Notes under the pieces: model-generated
The model's input: only the letters and a program-made list of their open reading frames with translations
What the model was told of the DNA's origin: nothing
The model's database searches: none
Origin: Methanotrichaceae archaeon
GTDB taxonomy: Archaea > Halobacteriota > Methanosarcinia > Methanotrichales > Methanotrichaceae
Assembly: GCA_963803145.1 (NCBI GenBank)
Contig: CAWDLW010000043.1
Location: 1-64,000, forward strand
DNA length: 64,000 nucleotides
Direction: 5' to 3'
Shown: piece after piece, positions 10,131 through 19,652 of the stretch
Layout: the number at the start of each line of letters is the position of its first letter
How positions within the stretch are numbered: position 1 is the first letter of the stretch
Program-made: the position numbers and the translations under genes

Positions 10131-10306
10131 TCAGCCTTATGGGCTATCGTTTTTCTGAAACCTTCCCCCAGCGAGGGGTTAGGGGTAGCCCGCGCGGCGA
10201 CTGAGCGCGCTAGAAAAACCGTTAGTGTTAGCCCCAAAAAGTAAGTGCAGCTCTTGAATTATGTTGATCAGACACAAATGCAAAGTTAGGGTGGCTCTGC
10301 AATGTA
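10131..10306 (+). repeat. Structured dispersed repeat, copy B
   Basis: Aligns with copy A and copy C. Stem cgcgc/gcgcg closes loop ggcgactga (10191-10209). Confidence 0.85.
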
Positions 10307-10400
10307 TGCTCATGAATTTCAGTCTATAGAGCTAATTGAATCTCGTTCGTTAAGTGATAGTCAAACAGGCGCACCCTGTAGCAAGCTTCGGGATAATCAC

Positions 10401-10658
10401 TTAAGAATAAGCATAGTCGTGATGATCAAAATTCACGAACCAAATTTCGTTGCCTACAATTTTATAAATAATAACCCAGTTTCCGACATGGCAGCTGCGA
10501 TAACCGGCTAAGTTCTGGGTTAAAGTCTCTCCGATTTCAGGATTATTAAGGATCTCTCGAATCTTCCTGAGAGTCCTATCCTTTAGAACCGCGTTCTTTT
10601 TTGTCAGTCGCTTAAAGTTTTTATCATAAAGAGGCGATGAGCGCGGCACATACGCCAT
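10401..10658 (-). CDS. RelE/ParE (YafQ-like) type II toxin
   Basis: 85-aa basic protein with NPEIGETLTQNLAGYRSCHVGNWVIIY...FDHHDYAY. Confidence 0.85.
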   Translation of the reverse strand: MAYVPRSSPLYDKNFKRLTKKNAVLKDRTLRKIREILNNPEIGETLTQNLAGYRSCHVGNWVIIYKIVGNEIWFVNFDHHDYAYS

Positions 10659-10664
10659 GTAGAT

Positions 10665-10829
10665 CTACAGTTTTTCCAGGTATTCTATGCACTCATCAAC
10701 ATTCTTGAATGTCTTTCCAAGACCGGCCCTGATTTCAGCTTCCCCTTTCAAAGTTCCGGCCACGATACGCTTATCTTCTTCGAGTGGCACTACCTTCTTT
10801 TTGGGCTTCTTGGCAGCTTTTGCCTTCAT
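10665..10829 (-). CDS. Putative cognate antitoxin (54 aa, not in ORF track)
   Basis: MKAKAAKKPKKKVVPLEEDKRIVAGTLKGEAEIRAGLGKTFKNVDECIEYLEKL*. The C-terminus resembles RelB/DinJ-like tails, and the gene ends 6 nt before the toxin start. Confidence 0.7.
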   Translation of the reverse strand: MKAKAAKKPKKKVVPLEEDKRIVAGTLKGEAEIRAGLGKTFKNVDECIEYLEKL

Positions 10830-10833
10830 CCGT

Positions 10834-10848
10834 GAACTCTTAGAGTTC
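10834..10848. promoter_or_regulatory. Palindrome upstream of the TA operon (putative operator)
   Basis: Perfect inverted repeat GAACTCT-T-AGAGTTC, 4 nt upstream of the antitoxin ATG. Confidence 0.45.
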
Positions 10849-11028
10849 CTATGTTAAGCCTTTTTCGGTAAGTTTCGGCAATATCTTATGCTAATTCAAG
10901 CGAACTTTCTAAGGAACCTTTATCAATGGGATTTACCTTAAATGGACCAAGCAACAATATTTGCATAGGAGGGAAATCAATTAGAGTATTTACCGCATTA
11001 AGTTACAGTCTATTAGTAATTTTTGTAA

Positions 11029-12600
11029 TTGTTTCGATCGAGTGTCATCACATCCTTGGCCTCCAACCAGTCAGTCTCAGCGAAGGATCTGACCTACATA
11101 ACCGAGCAGTATCCGCCTTATAATTTCCAAGAGGACGGCAAGCTGCAAGGCATCTCCGTCGATCTGCTGGAAAAGATCTGGGTGAAAATGGGTGTAAACC
11201 TGAACGGAAGCGCCATCCAGGTTCTGCCTTGGACGGAGGGTTATGAAAAAGCGTTAAAGGAAAATAATACTGTTCTCTTTACGACTTTCCGAGCCCCGGA
11301 AAGGGAGCAGCTATTCAAGTGGGCGGGACCAGTCGCATCTGGCAAAGATGTGCTCTTGGCAAAAAAGGATAGAAACATCAGCATTAAGGCCCCCGGAGAT
11401 CTGAAAAAGTATAAGATAGCAGCTGTTGAGGACGATCTGGATGTCCAGCTGCTTCTAAATATAGGCTTAAAAAAAGAGGATCTAATACTGGAGAAAACTT
11501 CAGCGCCTATCATAGAGATGCTGGAGAACGGAAGCATCGATGCCTGGGCGTACACGGATGTAACCGGCCTCTGGGAGATTCAGGAATCGGGTCAAAACGC
11601 GAGCAATTACGAAGCAGTCTATACGCTTGCCCAGGGTACTGGATACTATGCATTCAACAATAAGACTCCCGATTCAGTAGTGCAGTCTTTCCAGCAAGCC
11701 CTGGATTCTGTTAAAAGCAGCAGAGATGCGATCGGAGTAAGCGATTACGAAAAGATTCTAATTAAGTATATCCCTGCAACGTATACTGCCAGTGTTTCGA
11801 AACAAGATGCAGTCAAAGCATTTTTGGATGAGGCAGTAGCCTATCTGAAAGATAATGGCCAGAAGAAGGCTTTTCAAGAGTTCAACAACCGCTCGGGACC
11901 ATTTGTCAGAGGAGATCTCTACATCTTTGGCTATGACCTGAACGGAACAGGTATCGTCCATCCCATCAATTCTTCATTAATTGGGCAAAAAGGCCTGTCG
12001 GATGCCAACGGCGTAGATATTGTCGGCCGTGAGATTGCACTCGCCCGCAGAGGCGGCGGGACATTGTATATTGTGTTCCCAAATCCGGCGCATGGAGGTA
12101 AACCGGAGCTGAAGCAGCTCTACATTGAGACTGTGAATAATAGCTTCTATCTGGGCTCTGGATTATACCTCTCCAACATCTCCGCATCCTTTGATCAATC
12201 GGATAGGGACGCGCTTGTTGCCTATGTGAATGATGCACTTCAGTTCGCCAAGAAGAACGGCAAGCAGAAATCTCTGGCTGTCTTCAACGATCCAAAAGGC
12301 AACTTCACGAGAGACGGACGTTACATCTTCGCCTATGACTACGATGGAAATAATTTGGCACTTCCTTACCAGCCTGATCTGATAGGCACAAACCGTATCG
12401 ATGTCCGAGATCCCAATGGAGTCGATTTCGTCCGGCAGGCCATCGACCTGGCAAGAATGGGGAACGGTTTCCATTACTACATCTATCCCGACCCATCCAG
12501 GAACATGACGCCGGAGCTGAAGCTAAGTTATGTGACGAACGTCGATGGTACCTGGTTCCTGGGCGCCGGGATCTATGCGAAAGGTGAGGGAACAAACTGA
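11029..12600 (+). CDS. Solute-binding (family 3) domain fused to two single Cache domains; the signal peptide may be frameshifted
   Basis: TEQYPPYNF...GISVDLL SBP domain, then two repeats of (A)FN.(P/R).G.F....YIF(A/G)YD..G...DxNGVD.V typical of sCache_2. Confidence 0.8.
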   Translation: MFRSSVITSLASNQSVSAKDLTYITEQYPPYNFQEDGKLQGISVDLLEKIWVKMGVNLNGSAIQVLPWTEGYEKALKENNTVLFTTFRAPEREQLFKWAGPVASGKDVLLAKKDRNISIKAPGDLKKYKIAAVEDDLDVQLLLNIGLKKEDLILEKTSAPIIEMLENGSIDAWAYTDVTGLWEIQESGQNASNYEAVYTLAQGTGYYAFNNKTPDSVVQSFQQALDSVKSSRDAIGVSDYEKILIKYIPATYTASVSKQDAVKAFLDEAVAYLKDNGQKKAFQEFNNRSGPFVRGDLYIFGYDLNGTGIVHPINSSLIGQKGLSDANGVDIVGREIALARRGGGTLYIVFPNPAHGGKPELKQLYIETVNNSFYLGSGLYLSNISASFDQSDRDALVAYVNDALQFAKKNGKQKSLAVFNDPKGNFTRDGRYIFAYDYDGNNLALPYQPDLIGTNRIDVRDPNGVDFVRQAIDLARMGNGFHYYIYPDPSRNMTPELKLSYVTNVDGTWFLGAGIYAKGEGTN

Positions 12601-12624
12601 TTGGTACAGAGGGATCTTTGCATA

Positions 12625-12657
12625 AGTGGCAATTTTAAGCCACTTCGCTTTTTTTTG
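12625..12657 (+). terminator. Putative terminator
   Basis: agtggc...gccact stem followed by cgcttttttttt. Confidence 0.5.
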
Positions 12658-12888
12658 CACAATCGCTGTTCAACCTATAGTCTATAGCTTTTAAACCCCC
12701 ATATGCAGCCTGCATATTTAGCCTAAATTGGCCTAATTGCCCTTCTACCTGACGAATCCTCCTAAAGAACATAGAAGTCGATATCCTGCCAGCGCGTTAT
12801 TGGCTAATTGATAGCTTCGGCTATCCTTGATATCATCGAATCGTTTTAATAAATAAGGGAAAGGGGAAATGCTGGCTATTTGGTCTGG

Positions 12889-14037
12889 CTACTTGGCAGA
12901 ATTCTTCCCAGTCTTTTCCCCTCCGCACACAACTTCAAACCACACCAATGTGCTATTCAGCCCTGTTCCTACATCATTCGCCGCCTGAACCTGCCAGAAG
13001 AAGTCGATATCATCGGTTGGAAGAATTATCGGCGAGAGCAAATAGCATCTATAGCCCTGAGTCACATCTTCTGCCGGATACGTATCGTTATAGATGATAC
13101 CAGTTTCGTTTTCTATATAGAGGTTGTATTCGGTAGCGCCCGGCACTGCAGTCCATACGAATGTCGGAGTGCGTGTCGAGATGAGGCCGCGTGGCGATAT
13201 TGGACTCGGTCTGCTTGGCACCTTGGCCGTTACAGTGAATGACAATAAAAAGCTCCACGGACCGTCTCCTAGGCAGTTCCCTGTCTGAATCCACCATCTA
13301 TAGCTGCCGGGGGTAAGAGCGACATTGGGCTTTACAACGGCTCCCTGATCAGTAATCACATCAGTTGCATTATACCATATATCTATCACTGGATTGCTGA
13401 TGTCATTTACATTCGCCACCTTTAGGCGGTATCGAGTGGCGCCAGCTACTGGATTCCAGATGTAAACCGGTTTGGTGGTACCTATGCTTCCTCTTGGCGA
13501 TACCAGAGTTGCCCTTCCGGGAAAGGTTTTAGAGGTGCAGACTTCAAAGGCCATTTCATTGCTCGGTACAGGACCGTCAGGGTCCCAGGTTAGAATCCGC
13601 CACTTATAATCGCCGGGTTTAAGAGTGAAAGATGGTGTTACCCTTATTCTCGATGACGCATCCGGAGCTAGCTCAGTTTCCTTAAACCATTGGCTAAAAA
13701 CGACCTTGTTAGATGAATCGTTTACCAACAATTTGTAAAATACAGCACTTGGAACATCATACCAAATATAGGTTGGGCTTCCGGTAATTATGACGCCTGA
13801 GGGCGAATAAAGAGTGGCCACACCAGGCAATGCAGGCGATGCACCTGCAGCTAGGCTGCTATTGCTGCTGTAGTCAGCCGGATTGCTATCAACGCTATTT
13901 ATTCCGCCCAGGGTATTACTTTCCATCTGAAGCGGCTGGCTGTCAGGGCTGGCAGAGGATACCCCTAAAGATAGCAGAAGTATTCCTGTAAGCATGACCA
14001 ATATAGTTTTTTTATAGCTTAATTCCCCTATACCCAT
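12889..14037 (-). CDS. Secreted protein with three Ig/FN3-like repeats
   Basis: Signal peptide followed by three roughly 100-aa repeats: (A)TL.SP.G.I.T..P.Y.W..V..A..Y.L...Y.W.I. Confidence 0.7.
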   Translation of the reverse strand: MGIGELSYKKTILVMLTGILLLSLGVSSASPDSQPLQMESNTLGGINSVDSNPADYSSNSSLAAGASPALPGVATLYSPSGVIITGSPTYIWYDVPSAVFYKLLVNDSSNKVVFSQWFKETELAPDASSRIRVTPSFTLKPGDYKWRILTWDPDGPVPSNEMAFEVCTSKTFPGRATLVSPRGSIGTTKPVYIWNPVAGATRYRLKVANVNDISNPVIDIWYNATDVITDQGAVVKPNVALTPGSYRWWIQTGNCLGDGPWSFLLSFTVTAKVPSRPSPISPRGLISTRTPTFVWTAVPGATEYNLYIENETGIIYNDTYPAEDVTQGYRCYLLSPIILPTDDIDFFWQVQAANDVGTGLNSTLVWFEVVCGGEKTGKNSAK

Positions 14038-14321
14038 GAGATCGACTCCTTCTTAACACAATTATAGATTGTAGACAGTAAATATATATTTTTCCATTCA
14101 AAGACGTCATCTTCACGGGTACACGGCAAAGTCAATGCGATATATCACGTTGTAACTGGAAATAAGCCTGAAGAAAGGTATTAAAATAAATAGGGAAAAA
14201 TTCGTTTTTGCATTCCTTATGATACTCCTGTGTTGCTGGACAAAGCGAGGTTGGGATCAAGTGAGATTATGATCCTTAAGTGAGATTAAGATCCTCAAGG
14301 TATCCGTGAGATACCGAGACC

Positions 14322-14609
14322 TCAATGTGTGATAAGTGTATTTACCAGCGCTCGTAGATCCGGCTCCTCCTTAAACTCATGGATGCTCTCAATATCATCC
14401 AGGGAGTAATAGGCTGGGTGGGCTATTTTTGGATTCAGAAGGATATAGAGGCCATCATCATTCAGTTCAGTATAGTATTTGTAGAGCACTCCCCTGACCA
14501 GCTCTGACTTATCTCTCAACTTTACTAATACGGTCTTACGCCTATTTTTAGTGCAGAAGTTATAGAATGCATCCAGGCTGCCACCATTATACCAGCTAGC
14601 GATCTTCAT
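14322..14609 (-). CDS. Small hypothetical protein, possibly Sm/LSm-like fold
   Basis: KTVLVKLRD...VRGVL...YILL...YYSLDDIESI pattern; GGGGTGTG RBS-like sequence upstream. Confidence 0.45.
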   Translation of the reverse strand: MKIASWYNGGSLDAFYNFCTKNRRKTVLVKLRDKSELVRGVLYKYYTELNDDGLYILLNPKIAHPAYYSLDDIESIHEFKEEPDLRALVNTLITH

Positions 14610-15191
14610 TTTATCACACCCCTTAGGCTGTCAGACGGACCTATTCTGTACCGTACCATCTCGTACCATCTGCCGCCCCTTCAAAAGGCCATCTGACTTC
14701 GCGAAATATAAAGATATAGTATATATTTGGATTTGCATAAAATACAGTTTCTTTTTTGTGATACTGATTCTCAGTAAGCTCACTTATTACATCTTCAGCA
14801 AATTTAGACGTACTTAAAGTTCTCCAAATTATGGAAATATCATCTATGGACGCATAATAGTGCCAAATTAATCGAAATTCATCCTGACATATTTGAAAGG
14901 TTCCTAGATAAACAGATTGGATACATGTATGATTTTATTAGATTTGACAGATACGCTATTTCATAGATGTTAAAATCTCGGCTGCAATAATCGCTGGAGT
15001 AGAGGTCCACAAGGGATCTCTATCTTATCCATCAGCCGTAGAGCAATGTTTTTACAGCTAGGCTATTACTATTAATTTATGCATAGGGATCTGGTAGACA
15101 ATTGGCAAAATAATGTATCCATATAGAACAAAGAGTCAGACATTTCGTAGCAGTAATCGTAATATCTAATAAAACAATATCAAAAGGAGAC

Positions 15192-15689
15192 ATGAACCCA
15201 AGCCAAGCAGTTTATCTCGGCCTTAAGCACGCGAAAATAGACTTTGTCGCATCCGTGCCCTGCATAAATTTATGCGAGCTTCTGAACCTTGTAGGTTCTG
15301 ATTCAGAGATATTCCATGTTCCGGTCACTCGCGAAGAAGAGGGCGTTGGACTCTGCGCCGGCGCATGGATGGGCGGCAGACGCCCTTGCCTGCTCATGCA
15401 GAACTCGGGCCTGGGAAACAGCATCAATGCCCTAGCATCTCTTGACTTCCTCTACGAAATTCCCCTGCTCATGCTGATAAGCCATCGCGGTAGCGTTGGC
15501 GAGACCATCGCGGGCCAGATCCCCATGGGCCAGCTTACGCCAAAGCTTTTGGACGCGATGGAGATTCCCCGCTTTTCTCCCTTGCCGGCGGAGGCCGAAG
15601 AGACCGTAGTTCAGGCTTGGGAACTTTCATCTGAGCTACACAAGCCAGCTGCTGTTCTTTTCGACATTAATTTCTGGAGGGGCGCATGA
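15192..15689 (+). CDS. comD: Sulfopyruvate decarboxylase alpha subunit
   Basis: FVASVPC, VTREEEGVGLCAGA, LMQNSGLGNSINAL and HRG motifs. Confidence 0.9.
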   Translation: MNPSQAVYLGLKHAKIDFVASVPCINLCELLNLVGSDSEIFHVPVTREEEGVGLCAGAWMGGRRPCLLMQNSGLGNSINALASLDFLYEIPLLMLISHRGSVGETIAGQIPMGQLTPKLLDAMEIPRFSPLPAEAEETVVQAWELSSELHKPAAVLFDINFWRGA

Positions 15690-16270
15690 AGAGGATTGAG
15701 GCGATAGCCACTGTTGCCTCTGAGGCCGGTGATGCCCTCATAATCTGCAACATCGGCTTCCCAAGCAGAGAGCTTTATGCTGTAAGAGACCGCCCTGAGA
15801 ACTTCTACATGCTCGGCTCAATGGGCATGGCATCATCGATAGGCCTCGGCCTTGCATTGGCTCAAAGACGCCGCGTCATAGTCCTGGATGGCGACGGCTC
15901 TGTGCTGATGAACCTCGGAACACTGACGACGATAGCAAACTACGCGCCAGAAAACTACCAATTGGTGATCCTCGATAATTGCGCTTACGGATCTACAGGC
16001 TCCCAGCCCACCTGCACCTCCTGCAAAACAGACCTTGCGGCAATGGCGAAGGCTGCAGGGATCGGCAGGGTTGAAGTGGCCAAGGGGGTTGATGGAGTTT
16101 CATTGGTAAAAACTGAGCGGGAGCTGAAAGAAGCGTTATCCAGTAAAGCAGTAGTAATAGTAGCTAAGGTAGACCCTGGAAATGCAAACGTGCCCATTAT
16201 CGATCGTTCTCCCGAGCAGATAATCAAGCGTTTCAGGAGTATATGCGCTCGATCGGCTGAGCAATCTTAA
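15686..16270 (+). CDS. comE: Sulfopyruvate decarboxylase beta subunit
   Basis: NIGFPSREL, NFYMLGSMG and the TPP motif DGDGS...DN; ATGA overlap with comD. Confidence 0.9.
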   Translation: MKRIEAIATVASEAGDALIICNIGFPSRELYAVRDRPENFYMLGSMGMASSIGLGLALAQRRRVIVLDGDGSVLMNLGTLTTIANYAPENYQLVILDNCAYGSTGSQPTCTSCKTDLAAMAKAAGIGRVEVAKGVDGVSLVKTERELKEALSSKAVVIVAKVDPGNANVPIIDRSPEQIIKRFRSICARSAEQS

Positions 16271-17498
16271 AGGTGCCTTCGAGCACCCGCCGCTTAAGCT
16301 CTTCTGCGAGCGCTAGCGCCCTGAATCTATCCGATTGCCGCAGAACCACAGGAACCATCTTATCACAAACTTTGATCTGGCCCATATTGCATTTGAAGGC
16401 TCCAGATGGACATTCGCCGACACAAAGGCCGCAATGGAAGCATTTAGATTCGTCCCTATCGGAATGGCCACTGAAGCTTACAGCCTTCATCGGACATATC
16501 TGCTCGACATTGCACCGTACACAGCCCTTACACTTTTGAGAATCAAACTCGACCGCCAGATCAACACCCTCCCAAACATCTCCATAGTCGGCTGAGCCAA
16601 GAGGCGTTCTTGTGACTACATCCATGATCGGCAAACAGATATCTCTGTCAAGCCTGGCAATCTCGCTGAGGATTGTATTTGTAGTAACAGGGATCGGCAC
16701 AGCCCAGGAGCAGATGCATTCAGGGCCGGCTGAAGTTAAGAATCCCCCCATATACTCAGGGTCCATCTGGTGCATATCACCGAATCCCGCCAGGTTCGGC
16801 CGATCTGAGCAGCTTCGTGTTCCAGTGCCTATTACAAAGCCATCTCCACCATTGAGCAATATCCGCGTCCCAGTCCCTATGGATTCCAATAGCGGGTCAT
16901 TCTTGATTGGATTTATCTGGCCGCAGCCTGAGAACGTCGCTCCTCCACAGCAAGGCTCAAAGCCTCTGGCATGGAAGATCGTCGAGATGGGCTCATCGCT
17001 GGGATTTACAAATGCGGAATAGTTCTTGAATGCATGGCGCGACCCAAACAGCCTTGCGTGAGGCATCTCATCCAGTCCGACCTCCACTGTGAAGCGCCTT
17101 CCCTTATCGGTAGTCACATCTACCAGAACAGGTCTTCTTTCAACCAGATCTCTGAATAGGTGGCCTCCGCCATACTCAGGATTATCACGGCTGTGTGTCG
17201 TCCCGAAGATCACAACATCTAAAACTCCGAGATTCTCATTGGGGCAAGGCCCGACCTGCGCGGGAACACCATTCATCCGGACCATCTTTGCCCTGAGAAA
17301 CGTATGCGGCTCGGCTACAGGAAATGATAGGACTGCATAGGTTCCGCTCATGACCGCTCGCGTAGCTGTGGTGACAACATCTACCCTCTTCAGTTCTTTC
17401 GCATTGCCTGAACCTACAAGCTCACAGACCTCCTGTGAAGTCATGACAACCGCTTTGCCGCGCTTGACGCGATCGACGATCTCCGAGAAAGGCCGCAT
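16233..17498 (-). CDS. Methanogenesis marker 16 metalloprotein (homocysteine-biosynthesis-like domain plus ferredoxin domain)
   Basis: VDVVTTAT, GPCPNE, YGGGHLF and FSGCGQINP motifs; C-terminal CxxCxxC...CP and CFHCGLCVGECP. Confidence 0.85.
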   Translation of the reverse strand: MRPFSEIVDRVKRGKAVVMTSQEVCELVGSGNAKELKRVDVVTTATRAVMSGTYAVLSFPVAEPHTFLRAKMVRMNGVPAQVGPCPNENLGVLDVVIFGTTHSRDNPEYGGGHLFRDLVERRPVLVDVTTDKGRRFTVEVGLDEMPHARLFGSRHAFKNYSAFVNPSDEPISTIFHARGFEPCCGGATFSGCGQINPIKNDPLLESIGTGTRILLNGGDGFVIGTGTRSCSDRPNLAGFGDMHQMDPEYMGGFLTSAGPECICSWAVPIPVTTNTILSEIARLDRDICLPIMDVVTRTPLGSADYGDVWEGVDLAVEFDSQKCKGCVRCNVEQICPMKAVSFSGHSDRDESKCFHCGLCVGECPSGAFKCNMGQIKVCDKMVPVVLRQSDRFRALALAEELKRRVLEGTFKIAQPIERIYS

Positions 17499-17828
17499 AG
17501 ATGATAGTAAAAAAGTATTGGTAACGTGTATTAATCTATCGTTCTACATAATTGTCCTCTGCTCAATAGGAATTTGTTCATTTAGGATAAACACTCACGA
17601 TAAATACTCATTATCGATCAAGAGAGATACCCTGATGATTGGAGCTAATGCAACTGCCTTTTGGGGAGCTAGCTCGTTAAAACCAGAAATACAATTTATG
17701 AGCTACAAACTTTATTCGTGGCCGATAGTATAATCTGTTTTGGGTTTTATCCCTTTTAGAGAAATATCGTGCTACCGTAGGAAAAATATATACGAACATC
17801 TCTTCAAGGGTGAAACAAGTCTTCACAG

Positions 17829-18830
17829 GTGATTGAGCTGAGGAAACTAGTGCTTATGGCAATACTGGCCGTAGTTGTAGTGATGTCCCTGGGATGCATC
17901 TCAACTCCACCGAAGAATACGTCCCAAAATGTCACAACACTGCGGATAGGATATCAGCCCAGTACCCATCAGATTGCAGAGATGGCAGCATCTGAGCTGG
18001 GATGGTGGGCGAGGGATCTGAAACCATTTGGTGTTCAGAAGATTGAGGAGAAGGAGTTCCCGTCAGGACCGCCTGAAATGCAGGCAATGCTGGCTGGGGA
18101 TTTGGATATTGCTTACGTAGGCACAGCTCCGCCAATAACTGCTATAGCTGCGGGACTGCCGGCGAAGATAGTTGCAGCCGCAAACATCAACGGATCTGAT
18201 CTGGTCTTCAGGCCAGGTGTACCATATAGTGGGCCCAAATCTCTCGAAGGGCTTGGCATTGGCACATTCCCACCCGGTTCGATTCAGGACATAGTCATGA
18301 AGAAATGGCTGACAGATAATAACGTGGATATCTCTAAGATCAAGATATACCCCATGGGACCCGGAGATGCGGTTACCGCTATCGAGGCCGGCAAAGTAGA
18401 TGGAGTATTCCTGCCTCATCCGTCCCCATCTGCGATAGAACTCGCTGGAAGGGGCAATACAGTTGTTTCTTCAGGCGAGATGTGGCCTAACCATGCATGC
18501 TGCAGCCTACTCGTCAGCGAGAAGCTGATTAAAGAGCACCCCGATCTGGTCGAGCAGATAGTTAAGACTCAGATCAACGCAACCAACTACATCAACGCAA
18601 ATCCAGAGGAAGCAGCGAAGATATACGCGAATAAGGTAAAAGGCCAGAACCTGACTGTGGCTGAATATTCCATAAAGAACTGGGATGGAAGATGGGTCAG
18701 CGATCCAAATATACAGATCCCTTCAACACTTGAGTATGCCAAGATCGACAAGACTCTGGGCTACATCAACAAGACCCTGACACAGGATGACCTCTTCGAT
18801 ACCAGCTTCTATCAAAGGGCGTTGGCTTAG
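17829..18830 (+). CDS. ABC transporter substrate-binding lipoprotein, SsuA/TauA/NrtA type
   Basis: Lipobox SLGC; RIGYQPSTHQ, FPSGPPEMQAMLAGDLDIAYVG and WPNHACC motifs. Confidence 0.85.
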   Translation: MIELRKLVLMAILAVVVVMSLGCISTPPKNTSQNVTTLRIGYQPSTHQIAEMAASELGWWARDLKPFGVQKIEEKEFPSGPPEMQAMLAGDLDIAYVGTAPPITAIAAGLPAKIVAAANINGSDLVFRPGVPYSGPKSLEGLGIGTFPPGSIQDIVMKKWLTDNNVDISKIKIYPMGPGDAVTAIEAGKVDGVFLPHPSPSAIELAGRGNTVVSSGEMWPNHACCSLLVSEKLIKEHPDLVEQIVKTQINATNYINANPEEAAKIYANKVKGQNLTVAEYSIKNWDGRWVSDPNIQIPSTLEYAKIDKTLGYINKTLTQDDLFDTSFYQRALA

Positions 18831-18841
18831 GACCAGGGAAT

Positions 18842-19624
18842 ATGGCCGGGAACTTGCAACATATAATTGGCAGGCAGGGAATTGAGGCCATCTCTATACT
18901 AGGCCTGATAGCCATCTGGCAAATTGCCGCAGCAGCAGTGAACGATACTCTGCTGCTGCCCAGTTTTCTCCAAGTGGTCACTGCCTTTTTCAGCATCTGG
19001 CAGACGATTTTAGTTGAGGATCTTCCAACAAGCCTGCTTCATTTTCTAATAGGCTTATTGGGAGGTCTGGCAGTAGCTTTGCCTATAGGGATGGGAATGG
19101 GCTGGTTCAGGTCTATAGATAGGATATTGGACCCTATAGTTGAGATCTTCAGGCCGATTCCTCCCTTAGCATGGATCCCCTTTGCAATCGTCTGGTTCGG
19201 CTTAACGGATCAGGCTGCGGGCTTCATAATTTTTGTTGGCGCAGTCTTTCCAATACTCATAAACACATACGTTGGCTTCAGGAGCCTGCCAAAGGTGTAT
19301 GTGGAATCAGCAAAAGTGCTGGGTGCAACGAAAGATATTGATCTCGTAAGGTATATTGCCCTTCCTTACGCCCTTCCCTCGATTGCAGGCGGCGTAAGGA
19401 TCGCTATGGGTATAGCATGGATGTGCCTCGTAGCCGCCGAGGAGTTCGGAGTGAGCACCAGCGGACTTGGCTATAAGATCTGGTCCTACTACTATTTGCA
19501 CGAAATGGATTATGTGCTGCTCTATATGATAATATTAGGTCTGCTGGGATTGTTGATAGATCACACCTTCCGCTACATAGTTGAGGAGAAGATGCTCAAA
19601 TGGCGTGTAGGTCTGACACAGTAA
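18842..19624 (+). CDS. ABC transporter permease, SsuC/TauC type
   Basis: RPIPPLAWIP motif, EAA loop (ESAKVLGA) and AWMCLVAAE. Confidence 0.9.
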   Translation: MAGNLQHIIGRQGIEAISILGLIAIWQIAAAAVNDTLLLPSFLQVVTAFFSIWQTILVEDLPTSLLHFLIGLLGGLAVALPIGMGMGWFRSIDRILDPIVEIFRPIPPLAWIPFAIVWFGLTDQAAGFIIFVGAVFPILINTYVGFRSLPKVYVESAKVLGATKDIDLVRYIALPYALPSIAGGVRIAMGIAWMCLVAAEEFGVSTSGLGYKIWSYYYLHEMDYVLLYMIILGLLGLLIDHTFRYIVEEKMLKWRVGLTQ

Positions 19625-19652
19625 TTCGGATGCCGAGATATCTAAAATATAT

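Noticed and set aside
9648-10306. Integron attC sites
   Set aside because: No convincing RYYYAAC...GTTRRRY bounded single hairpins, no regular gene-site-gene array, and no integrase seen.
14259-14300. 19-bp tandem duplication containing CCTTAAG as a distant RHH site
   Set aside because: It lies downstream of a gene 3' end, has only two units, and a 7-mer match is expected by chance.
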